A stretch of 64,000 nucleotides of DNA, taken from contig JBDRLU010000033.1 of NCBI GenBank assembly GCA_043812795.1, positions 27,763 through 91,762 of the forward strand. Direction: 5' to 3'. Positions 45,799-53,905 of the stretch are shown in pieces. The translations under genes and the position numbers were made by a program. Source of the DNA: Chloroflexota bacterium (GTDB lineage: Bacteria; Chloroflexota; Dehalococcoidia; Dehalococcoidales; UBA2162). A model generated the notes under the pieces. It ran no database searches, had not been told where the DNA came from, and worked only from the letters and a program-made list of their open reading frames with translations. The number at the start of each line of letters is the position of its first letter. The stretch's first letter is position 1.

Positions 45799-47679
45799 AT
45801 GGTGATGTCAAAAAGTACGGTGGGTGGTTATGCCGGTAAAATTCTCCGGGTTGACCTGACCAGAGAACGTATCAGCGAAGAAACTCTGGACGAAGCGACT
45901 TTGAGGAAATGGGTCGGTGGGGTCGGGTTCGGGGCGAAGTACCTTTATGAAGAAGTCTCCCCGCGGGTCAAATGGGACAGCCCGGGCAACCGGCTCATCG
46001 TTGCCAGCGGCCCGCTGGGCGGGACAAGGGTAGGTGGCTCGGGGACGATTTCCATCAGTGCTAAAGGCTGTCTGACCAACGGGGCGACCTCGACCCAGGC
46101 CAATGGTTTCATGGGTGCTTACATGAAATTCGCCGGCTATGATGCGGTCATCTTCAAAGGCAAAGCCAAACGGTGGGTCTATCTTTATATGCACGATGGT
46201 ACCGCCGAACTCAGGGATGCCCAGCACCTGGTGGGTAAAAATACCTGGGAGACCGAAGACATGATAAAGGCGGAGTTAGGCTATAACGAGCGAGGGATGA
46301 GCGTTTTCGGTATCGGGCCAGCGGGCGAGAACCTGGTGAAATTTGCCGGTATTTTCGGCGATAAAGACCATGCCGCCGGTCACAACGGCATCGGGGCGGT
46401 GATGGGTGCCAAAAAGCTGAAGGCTTTTTGTGCCGCCCGGGGCCGGGGCAGTGTTCCGGTCAAGGACTCGGGGCAACTGTTGCCGGCGGTTGAAGCTATC
46501 TGGAAAGGACTCGAGAGCGACCCAACGACAAAGGCGGTACTCGACTGGGGTACCGGCGGGACTTACGAAGCCGGGGAACAAAGAGTGACCGCGGGAACGC
46601 TGCCGGTCAAGAACTACCTGACTACTCTTTACCCGGAGGCACGGGTGATGACGTGCCAGTACACCCGGGAACACTGGAATGCCAAACCGAACCCGTGCTG
46701 GGCCTGCCGGTCACACCATTGCCACATGATTACTATTACGGATGGGCCTTACCGGGGGCTGACCGTGGAAGAGCCGGAGTACGAGATGTTTGCTGCCTGG
46801 GGGTCCCTGGTGGGTAATACCGACCCGGCGGAAGCCCTTGTGCTGTCCAATCTGCTCACTTTGCTGGGGCTGGAAGGCAACGAAGCCGGCTTTCTGATGT
46901 CGATGTTGATTGAGCTTTATGAGAAGGGTGTACTTACGAAGAAAGATACCGACGGGCTCGAGTTGACGTGGGGCAACACGGCGGCGATGCGGACGCTGCT
47001 GGAGCGGATAGCCTACCGTGAGGGTGCTTTTGCCAAGCTGCTGGGTGAAGGCACAGTGCGGGCGGCCAAGGCGCTGGGGAAAGAGGCGCAGGACTGCGGA
47101 ATTTATGCCCTGAAAGGCCATTCTCCGCGGGGACATGACCACCGGGGGATGTGGCGGGAAATGTTCGATACGGTTACTTCCGACATCGGCACTTATGAAT
47201 CAGGCTACTGGGGACCGCCCGACCCCGATGTGCCCGGACTGCGGCACCGCTTTGCTCCCGACGAAGTGTCCACACATATCGCCAAGTCGAAAGGGAGACG
47301 TCAGTTCGAGGATGCCCTGGGCACTTGCGTTTTCTGCACGCGGGTGCCTCTCCAGCTGGTAGTGAATGCCTTTAATGCCGTCACCGGTTGGGACTTCACG
47401 CCGAAGGAGGCTCAGGACGTCGGCTTCAGAGCGGCTAATGCGCTGCGTGCGTTCAATATTCGGCACGGTGTTTCGGTAGAGCTGGAACGTCCGTCTCCGC
47501 GCTGGTCGTCGACGCCGGTGGATGGCCCGGCTAAAGGTATCAGTGTCGAGCCGCACTGGGACAGTATGCTGGACAATTACTATTCATTGATGGGCTGGGA
47601 CAGAAAGACAGGAAAACCCTTCCCGGAGACTTTGAAGAGCCTCGGGCTGGAAAATATTGCCGCCGACCTTTGGAAGTAA
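45799..47679 (+). CDS. aldehyde:ferredoxin oxidoreductase family protein (second paralog)
   Basis: 626 aa. GGYAGKILRVDLT at the N-terminus and the overall AOR_N/AOR domain pattern are present. Confidence 0.9.
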   Translation: MVMSKSTVGGYAGKILRVDLTRERISEETLDEATLRKWVGGVGFGAKYLYEEVSPRVKWDSPGNRLIVASGPLGGTRVGGSGTISISAKGCLTNGATSTQANGFMGAYMKFAGYDAVIFKGKAKRWVYLYMHDGTAELRDAQHLVGKNTWETEDMIKAELGYNERGMSVFGIGPAGENLVKFAGIFGDKDHAAGHNGIGAVMGAKKLKAFCAARGRGSVPVKDSGQLLPAVEAIWKGLESDPTTKAVLDWGTGGTYEAGEQRVTAGTLPVKNYLTTLYPEARVMTCQYTREHWNAKPNPCWACRSHHCHMITITDGPYRGLTVEEPEYEMFAAWGSLVGNTDPAEALVLSNLLTLLGLEGNEAGFLMSMLIELYEKGVLTKKDTDGLELTWGNTAAMRTLLERIAYREGAFAKLLGEGTVRAAKALGKEAQDCGIYALKGHSPRGHDHRGMWREMFDTVTSDIGTYESGYWGPPDPDVPGLRHRFAPDEVSTHIAKSKGRRQFEDALGTCVFCTRVPLQLVVNAFNAVTGWDFTPKEAQDVGFRAANALRAFNIRHGVSVELERPSPRWSSTPVDGPAKGISVEPHWDSMLDNYYSLMGWDRKTGKPFPETLKSLGLENIAADLWK

Positions 47680-47714
47680 TGCCATTATTTCCCACGGTCT
47701 GAGGATAGAGAGTA

Positions 47715-48023
47715 TTGAGTACGGGCAAAGTCAGGGTAGAAATCCGCCCCTGGTTGAGCGATGGGCTTAGTCCTAACGGGTCGGGGGCCGTCGTTCTGGA
47801 AGAGCAAATAGAAAAAGGGGCTACGGTCAGTGGCTTGCTTACCCGATTGGCCGCCGAACACAAGGCCCTGGGTAAAGTGTTGTTCGAGCCGGACGGTCGC
47901 CAGCTTAACGGTGAGGTGTGCATCGTAGTCGATGGCCGGCTGTTACAGTTGCCCGGGGAACTGGACAAGGGGCTGAAGGACGGGACGACTATTACGCTGC
48001 TGCCGGTAATCGACGGCGGGTAA
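47715..48023 (+). CDS. MoaD/ThiS-family ubiquitin-like beta-grasp protein with C-terminal Gly-Gly
   Basis: 102 aa ending ...TITLLPVIDGG followed by stop. It lies immediately downstream of the AOR paralog. Confidence 0.7.
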   Translation: MSTGKVRVEIRPWLSDGLSPNGSGAVVLEEQIEKGATVSGLLTRLAAEHKALGKVLFEPDGRQLNGEVCIVVDGRLLQLPGELDKGLKDGTTITLLPVIDGG

Positions 48024-48098
48024 GCCAATGGTAGCCAGCAGGTCGCCGCTATGGTTCGACAAGCTTAGGGAGTTTTGCCCTAAAGTAACTAGATTAAT

Positions 48099-48188
48099 GT
48101 CATTCTGACCCTGAACGCAGTGAAGGGGAAGAATCCGTCCTATCCACTCCAAGAACGGATTCTTCGTCGTTTCACTCCTCAGAATGAC
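48099..48188. repeat. 90-nt palindromic REP/MITE-like element
   Basis: Terminal 10-bp inverted repeats are GTCATTCTGA (48099-48108) and TCAGAATGAC (48179-48188). Inner 11-bp arms are GAAGAATCCGT (48128-48138) and ACGGATTCTTC (48155-48165). The element is intergenic. Confidence 0.6.
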
Positions 48189-48227
48189 TTTTGGGGCAAG
48201 GCTGGCTCAGGGCGAGCGGGAAGAATC

Positions 48228-49439
48228 TTAGTAAATTATCTTCTCTTCGACCAGCCGGGCTATCTCTTCCTTCGATAGCCCCAGCAACTGGCCGAAGACG
48301 TAATCGTTCTGCTCGCCGAGGAGAGGGGCGTAGCGCGGCGGCTTGCGGCCGAGGCCGCTGGCCTGCCAGGGCAGGTCGTACAGGGTCAGCCCACCGGCGA
48401 TGGGATGGTCCACATTTAAGAAAATGCCGCGTTCTTGAAAATGGGGGTCGAAGAAGACGCCTTCGATATTGAGCACCGGCGCGGCGGCCACGCCTGCTTT
48501 CTGCAATAGTTCAGCGGCCTCGTAGTCCGTGTGGGTGAGTGTCCATTCCGTGACGTGCTTATCGAGTTCATCCAGATTCCCAAGGCGGTGGGATAAGTCG
48601 GAGAATTTCGGGTCGCCGGTCCACGTGGGATTACCGATGGCTGTACAGAAAGCCTGCCATTCGTCTTCGGTCTTGACGGCGATGGAGACCCACTTGTCAT
48701 CGCCTTTACAGCGATAGTTGCCGTGCGGGGCCATGTGGGGCCGTAAATTCCCCTGGCAGCCCGCCACCCGCCCGTTCATGAAATAGTCCATCATGGCCTC
48801 ACCGATAAGCGATGTCGTCACTTCGCTCTGCGAGAGGTCGATATATTGCCCCTGGCCGGTCCGTTCGCGATATCTGAGGGCGGCCATGACGGTAAAGGCG
48901 CCATAAAGGGTCGCCACCACATCGGCATAGGCGTGCTTGAAGCCTAATGGGCGGTCGTCCCGGTAGCCGAGCATACTATCGATACCGGCGAGGGCACTTA
49001 ATAATGGCGCGTAGGCCAGCATTTCGGATAGCGGCCCGTACTGCCCGGCCGGAGACAGCGAGAGCATGATAATATCCGGCTTGATTTTGACCAGAGAGTC
49101 GTAGTCGAGGCCGTGGCGTTTCAAGGTGCCCACGCCGAAGTTTTCATTGACGATATCGCTTTTCCGGATGAGTTCTAAAATAAGCTCGTGTCCTCTGGGC
49201 GTCGTCCAGTCCAGCGTGATGCTCATTTTACTGCGGTTATTGTTGTGGAAGGCAGGATTGACTTCTAGGGTATCGCCCAGTTCAAACACTCTACCGAGGC
49301 GGAGGCCGTCCAGCCTCTTTTTCGATTCAATCTTGATGACTTCGGCACCATGGTCGGCGAGAATATGGCCTAAAACGGTGCCCGCCCACACCCAGCCGAA
49401 ATCGACGACACGGTAGCCTTCGAAAGGTAGCTTCGCCAT
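48228..49439 (-). CDS. family III CoA-transferase (CaiB/BaiF/Frc family), pair 1 subunit B
   Basis: 403 aa. YRVVDFGWVWAGTVLGHILADHGAEVIKIES matches the N-terminal family III signature. Its start overlaps the upstream stop (TAATG). Confidence 0.85.
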   Translation of the reverse strand: MAKLPFEGYRVVDFGWVWAGTVLGHILADHGAEVIKIESKKRLDGLRLGRVFELGDTLEVNPAFHNNNRSKMSITLDWTTPRGHELILELIRKSDIVNENFGVGTLKRHGLDYDSLVKIKPDIIMLSLSPAGQYGPLSEMLAYAPLLSALAGIDSMLGYRDDRPLGFKHAYADVVATLYGAFTVMAALRYRERTGQGQYIDLSQSEVTTSLIGEAMMDYFMNGRVAGCQGNLRPHMAPHGNYRCKGDDKWVSIAVKTEDEWQAFCTAIGNPTWTGDPKFSDLSHRLGNLDELDKHVTEWTLTHTDYEAAELLQKAGVAAAPVLNIEGVFFDPHFQERGIFLNVDHPIAGGLTLYDLPWQASGLGRKPPRYAPLLGEQNDYVFGQLLGLSKEEIARLVEEKIIY

Positions 49440-50653
49440 TATATCGTCCCCTCCTTCCGGAGTGCGTCCAGGTCGGCTTTGGAGTAGCCGAGTTTTTCAC
49501 AATATATCTCTTCGTTGTGCTCGCCGAGGCGCGGCGCCGCCCGTTGGATAAGAAAAGGTGTTTTCGAAAGCTGGTAGCCGGCACCGGGGTATTTCAGCTT
49601 ACCGGCCGCGGGATGGTCAATTTCGACGAAATAGCCCCGCTCTTTCAGGTGCTCGTCGTTGGCGACGTCCTCGACCGTCCTTATCGGCGCGGCGGGCACG
49701 CCGTTGCTCTGGCAAAGCTGAAAAATTTCTTCCTTGGTGTGCTGCATCAGCCAGGGCATCAGGTAGGCATCGGCCTGCGTGGCATATTCGTCGCTGGTCT
49801 TGATGCGGTCCTTGAAGATAGGGTCGTCGGCCCAGGCCGGATTGCCCATGATGCCGAGAAATTTTTGCCACTGGCGGTTCTGCGGCGTATCGATGCAGAC
49901 ATAGCCGTCCTTGCAGGGATAGACGGCATCGGTATAGCCCTGGTGGATGACGCGGAAGCCGGTGCGGGTACGGATGCCCTCTTCATCGAGGAAGGCCTGC
50001 GCTCCGTGCCCGATATGAAAAGTCGCCCAGCACTGGGCTTCGGCGAGGTCGATGTGGCTGCCTTCGCCCGTCCGGTCGCGGTTGAAGAGAGAAATCATGG
50101 TGACGAGGGCGCCCTGGAGTCCGGCCTGATAATGGGCCTGGCACATGGGCGGGGCTAACGGCTCGCGCTCGGGATAGCCGCTGGCGGCGCTGATGCCCCC
50201 TAAAGCACAGGTATTGATATCGTAGGCTTTCCAGTCTTTATACGGGCCGGTCAGGCCGAAAGGCGAGAGGGAGAGCATGATGAGCTTCGGGTTGATTTCT
50301 TTTACCGACTCGAAATCAAGCTTGAGTTCTTTTACCAGCGGGTAGGGGTAATTGTGGACAAAGATATCGGCGTCTTCGAGCAGTTTGAGAAAGATTTCAC
50401 GGCCGGCCGGCGGCTGCGGGGCGAGGGTGACGCCGAATTTATTGATATTGAGGTAGAGGAACAGGCCGCTTTTTTCGATATCCGGGGTGTCCCCGGGGAA
50501 GGGGCCGTGGCGGCGGGCTTCTTCACCGGTGTGCGGCGGCTCGATTTTGACGACCTCCGCCCCCAAGTCCGCCAGCAGTTTGGTACAAAATGGGGCCGAG
50601 ATAAAAGACCCCCACTCCACCACCTTCAAGTCAGCTAACGCTTGCTCAGCCAA
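49439..50653 (-). CDS. family III CoA-transferase, pair 1 subunit A
   Basis: 404 aa. LKVVEWGSFISAPFCTKLLADLGAEVVKIEPP matches the same family signature. Confidence 0.85.
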   Translation of the reverse strand: MAEQALADLKVVEWGSFISAPFCTKLLADLGAEVVKIEPPHTGEEARRHGPFPGDTPDIEKSGLFLYLNINKFGVTLAPQPPAGREIFLKLLEDADIFVHNYPYPLVKELKLDFESVKEINPKLIMLSLSPFGLTGPYKDWKAYDINTCALGGISAASGYPEREPLAPPMCQAHYQAGLQGALVTMISLFNRDRTGEGSHIDLAEAQCWATFHIGHGAQAFLDEEGIRTRTGFRVIHQGYTDAVYPCKDGYVCIDTPQNRQWQKFLGIMGNPAWADDPIFKDRIKTSDEYATQADAYLMPWLMQHTKEEIFQLCQSNGVPAAPIRTVEDVANDEHLKERGYFVEIDHPAAGKLKYPGAGYQLSKTPFLIQRAAPRLGEHNEEIYCEKLGYSKADLDALRKEGTI

Positions 50654-50941
50654 ATCCGGTCTGCCTCCTCTAAGTTAACCGAGGACATTATATACGGTAA
50701 GGCTGGTTCGACTCAATGGGAAGGGTTTTGGTCAGCAGTATATATCTGGACTTTAGCATTATTATGGAGTCTGAATGCCGATGATGCGGCGAAGACACAA
50801 AAAGTTTAGCCTGTTTGACAACCTTAACAAGATGTAAGATTACAAAGTAGGTTGAAAGCCTCTATGATAGTACTAATCTTACACAAAGAAGTTAACTCGA
50901 TGAAGGCCGCCACAAGACCGACTAAAACACTTAGATATATA

Positions 50942-51724
50942 CTAGAGCAAGTTGGACTGTTTCCACCTTCTATCAAAGTTCTCGTTTAATGCTTCGTAAA
51001 TGTTCTTACTACTCGCTTCATCCAACATGATAGCAAATGATTCCTTCGCGCCCAAATCCTTTATACTGTGACCGAGAAGTACTACAGAACTCGGAGAAAT
51101 AATGTATCTATCATGCAAATCAGTGTTAGGATAATTCCCGAAATCGATATTAGGATTTTCTGATTTGAAATCCTTAAGTTCCCTGAGCAACTTAGTTCTT
51201 GCATTCGTGTTTGTAATGTTTTCGATCCTAGTCAAGAATTTGATAGGTCTTCCTTTCACCTCTTTTACAATATCAAGTGTTCTCTCGCTACAATAGGGGT
51301 CTACAATCTTTATCTCACCATCAAGCGTGTTTAAGATGCTATTTGCTAAAATCCTTTTACTTGAATATCTCTGCTCAGGTTCGAAATAGAGTATCTCTAA
51401 CTCGCCCTCTCCTCTGAGAGACTTCAACTGTTCTTTGCCAGGTTTCATTATCTCGTAATAAACCCCGCTACTTTGCAGGTTAGTATAGATTCTGTCACCA
51501 GCTCTATTGAGAGATTGTGTTATGCTCGTTACTTTGATGTTTACCTCTTGTACATCCCGGAGGATAGAAGCTATTTGTTCTGCAGTCAATCTCTTTATTA
51601 ACAATTTGTCTTTAGCAACCCAAAGAATCCATAATGCCCGCTCGAGGATTGTATTACAATCCTCGAGCCGAGGGATGTCGCTAATGTCAGCGGTTAAGAA
51701 TCTCTCCTGGATGGTTAAGGCCAT
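50942..51724 (-). CDS. hypothetical protein: N-terminal winged-helix-like module + C-terminal degenerate PLD/MIT_C-like domain (DPY...LHDRYII...LLGHS)
   Basis: This 260-aa ORF is the last gene of an AT-rich cassette. The C-terminal half reads IKIVDPYCSERTLDIV...FLTRIEN...DLHDRYIISPSSVVLLGHSIKDLG. It resembles a single HxK-like PLD motif with K replaced by R, as in the MITD1 C-terminal PLD-like fold. The assignment is by eye. Confidence 0.5.
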   Translation of the reverse strand: MALTIQERFLTADISDIPRLEDCNTILERALWILWVAKDKLLIKRLTAEQIASILRDVQEVNIKVTSITQSLNRAGDRIYTNLQSSGVYYEIMKPGKEQLKSLRGEGELEILYFEPEQRYSSKRILANSILNTLDGEIKIVDPYCSERTLDIVKEVKGRPIKFLTRIENITNTNARTKLLRELKDFKSENPNIDFGNYPNTDLHDRYIISPSSVVLLGHSIKDLGAKESFAIMLDEASSKNIYEALNENFDRRWKQSNLL

Positions 51725-51730
51725 ATTATT

Positions 51731-52141
51731 TTACTTCTCCACGAATCCGCCTTCTACAAGTTGCTCACCCGTGTTAGTCAGAACCAATGCCTTCGCTTTA
51801 TCCTTTTTCTCTTTATCTTCCATCATGTAACCCTTTTTAATATTGTAAAACACCGCTAGATGTATGTTTTTTGGGAAGGGTTCTTTAGCTGATCTGAAGC
51901 CATTTTCCAAGTCGCTAACATTAAAAGGTGATACCGATTCATGCTTCTCAAGATAGTACCCTATCACCAACGTTTTATGGATTCCGCTTTTAGGTTTCTT
52001 AGACAACAGGAATTCTTTTAGGGACATCTTCTTTGGTGAACTACTCGGCTCAGTTTGAGATTTCGATTCTAATTTACTAATTCTTTTTTCATGGTCTTCC
52101 ATTTGCTTTTTTAATGCGTTGAGCGTATCTTCAACTGACAT
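51731..52141 (-). CDS. hypothetical protein: N-terminal coiled-coil + winged-helix-like module
   Basis: This 136-aa ORF overlaps the upstream gene by 11 nt and lies 6 nt from the downstream gene. Its pattern is TLVIGYYLEKH...FNVSDLENGFRSA...PKNIHLAVFYNIKKGYM...LTNTGEQLVE. Confidence 0.5.
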   Translation of the reverse strand: MSVEDTLNALKKQMEDHEKRISKLESKSQTEPSSSPKKMSLKEFLLSKKPKSGIHKTLVIGYYLEKHESVSPFNVSDLENGFRSAKEPFPKNIHLAVFYNIKKGYMMEDKEKKDKAKALVLTNTGEQLVEGGFVEK

Positions 52142-52571
52142 CCTTCTTGCCCTCCTTGCTCACCTTTTTGAGCATATCTTTGAGTGATTTCTCAACAACA
52201 TTCAAGGCTACCACATGATAACTTAACTTCCCTTTTGTAGTCGTCTTGATCTTATTATCATCTCGAAGGGTTTTTAGCCAAGGCAGCAGAGAACCTTTAG
52301 GAACACCTAATTCATCCATCAATTCACTATTACTCGCATCATCGGTAGGAGTTAATTCAGCTTCTTTAGCATATAACTTGCCAATCAAATAAAGTATGAT
52401 GCATTCCGTACCTGTCAGTTTATCCTTGGGTAGAACGTCAATCTTACCGTCTTTGGTGATTCGAATTAGTTGCTTCGCAAGGTCAAAATTCTTTTCAAGT
52501 GCACTTCCATAATCAACAGTCATCTCTTCAATTATTTTTCGTTTCAAGGTACTAAGAGTTTGATTGGCCAT
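52131..52571 (-). CDS. hypothetical protein with winged-helix-like module
   Basis: This 146-aa ORF is the first gene of the cassette, and GGAAGGTGA precedes the ATG. Its pattern is ECIILYLIGKLY...SNSELMDELGVPKGSLLPWLKTLRDDNKI...KGKLSYHV. Confidence 0.5.
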   Translation of the reverse strand: MANQTLSTLKRKIIEEMTVDYGSALEKNFDLAKQLIRITKDGKIDVLPKDKLTGTECIILYLIGKLYAKEAELTPTDDASNSELMDELGVPKGSLLPWLKTLRDDNKIKTTTKGKLSYHVVALNVVEKSLKDMLKKVSKEGKKDVS

Positions 52572-52608
52572 ATATCACCTTCCAAATATAATAATAATCT
52601 ATATACAA

Positions 52609-52638
52609 GCATAATCCTAATTTAGTATAATGTCAAGG
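52609..52638 (-). promoter_or_regulatory. possible promoter of the three-gene cassette
   Basis: On the minus strand: TTGACA (52638-52633), an 18-nt spacer, then TATGCT (52614-52609). It sits in a very AT-rich 280-nt upstream region. Confidence 0.3.
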
Positions 52639-52850
52639 GCTTTCTGTCTATGTTCGTATTAGTATTTATAATCCAATAATTCTTCGAACCATGCATAGAT
52701 TATTTTTATACTATCTTATTTATGTATGGCAAAAATCAAGGTGTGTGAAAAGCTCTGGCTTCACTAACATCCACTGCTGTGGAGAAATAGAATTTGCTGA
52801 AGTAGCGGAACGGCTGCCGGTATTCTAGCTCACGTACGTCTTACCCGGGG

Positions 52851-53582
52851 TTATTTATAAATCGAAGACATAAAAGTAATATAGTAAATTTCGCCGGACT
52901 TGTAGGTGCCGACAGCGCCATAGGTATTCAGGTCGTTGATAAGCACGTTTTCGTAATCATAAACATTTACTGTCCAGGTTATCAGGGCGGCATTGGCCAC
53001 CTGCTCGACCGTGCCGTAGCGTATCGCCCAGAAAACGTTTTGATAGACGCCACCCAGGCTGGAGTAATGGTATTTCCCCAGGGCCGCCATTTCCTTGCTG
53101 TTCTGGAGGGCCAGCCCGTAAAGGTTTACTCCCCACTGGAGTTCAGGAACACCGGCTTTTCTCCGTTCGGCGTTGATGATGGCGAAGATAGTCTGGTCGA
53201 TTTCATCTTCTTTTAGTGCCGTTGTCCCCGAAATCATGGCATCATATTTACTTTGCAGGTCGGCGAATTTATCATTCAGTTCGCTATATCTGGTATTCAG
53301 GTCGTCGTAGTTAGCCTGGGCAGTCTGGATGGCCGCCGTTTGCGTTTCATATTGTTTTTGCAGGTCTTCATAGCGGGTATTCAAGGCCTGATATTGGGCG
53401 TCGCCAAGATTGGCGGCGTTGAGTTGCGACTGCAGGGCGGCGACCTGTCCTTTGACGGTCTCCAGTTCGGCCTTCACGGCATCGTACTCTTGCTGGGATA
53501 CCCCTGATTTGCAGCCAAGCATCGTCGCCAGAATAACGATTGACAGAAGCGAAAAGAGACTGATTTTTATTTTCCTGGCCAT
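52851..53582 (-). CDS. lipoprotein with coiled-coil region and C-terminal CAP/SCP (YkwD-like) domain
   Basis: The signal peptide plus lipobox is LSIVILATMLGC. A Q/A/L-rich heptad region follows, then INAERRKAGVPELQW...NSKEMAALGKYHYS, typical of CAP domains. Confidence 0.7.
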   Translation of the reverse strand: MARKIKISLFSLLSIVILATMLGCKSGVSQQEYDAVKAELETVKGQVAALQSQLNAANLGDAQYQALNTRYEDLQKQYETQTAAIQTAQANYDDLNTRYSELNDKFADLQSKYDAMISGTTALKEDEIDQTIFAIINAERRKAGVPELQWGVNLYGLALQNSKEMAALGKYHYSSLGGVYQNVFWAIRYGTVEQVANAALITWTVNVYDYENVLINDLNTYGAVGTYKSGEIYYITFMSSIYK

Positions 53583-53620
53583 ATCACACCTTCCACGGCG
53601 ATATTGTTTTTAAAGGGCGA

Positions 53621-53654
53621 CCTCACCCTTAATCCCTCTCCTAGAAGGAGAGGG
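53621..53654. repeat. REP-like element, family 2 (CCTCACCCTTAATCCCTCTCC + 8-bp hairpin CCCTCTCC/GGAGAGGG)
   Basis: It shares CCTCACCCTTwATCCCT with the minus strand of 16060-16080. Confidence 0.5.
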
Positions 53655-53665
53655 AAAATAATGAT

Positions 53666-53684
53666 AAGAGGGCTTCGCCCTCTT
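53666..53684 (-). terminator. hairpin downstream of tRNA-Gly
   Basis: AAGAGGGC-GAA-GCCCTCTT on the minus strand, followed by ATCATTATTTT. Confidence 0.45.
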
Positions 53685-53741
53685 CTAGCAACTCCATTAA
53701 GACCGCTGCTTCAACAAAAACCAAATTGAACCTTTTTAAAG

Positions 53742-53816
53742 TGGAGCGGGTGATGGGATTCGAACCCACGACGTCTTGCTTGGGAAGCAAGCACTCTACC
53801 GCTGAGTTACACCCGC
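53742..53816 (-). tRNA. tRNA-Gly (anticodon CCC), CCA encoded
   Basis: I folded the cloverleaf by hand. The acceptor stem is GCGGGTG/CACCCGC and the D stem ACTC/GAGT. The anticodon stem CTTGC/GCAAG carries the loop TTCCCAA. The T arm is GTGGG-TTCGAAT-CCCAT, followed by discriminator T and CCA. Confidence 0.9.
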
Positions 53817-53905
53817 CTGAATTAAATTCATTCTAGCCTAAAAGATGGGGCATGTAAAGGAAAAGAGCTTGCTCTTTTCGGGGAAAATGAGGGACCGGCC
53901 CGGCC

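Noticed and set aside
48191-48472. ORFs 48191-48472(+), 22000-22218(-) and 16003-16296(-), considered as small proteins.
   Set aside because: They run out of REP-like palindromic elements into the antisense of neighbouring genes. Their Arg/Gly-rich translations are typical of repeat-derived false ORFs.
50706-50725. CTGGTTCGACTCAATGGGAA, considered as a tRNA-Gly 3'-end fragment (attL/attR) bounding the AT-rich island.
   Set aside because: Only about 7 nt (GGTTCGA) match the tRNA T-arm, and the match is on the opposite strand from the tRNA. That is too weak for an att site.
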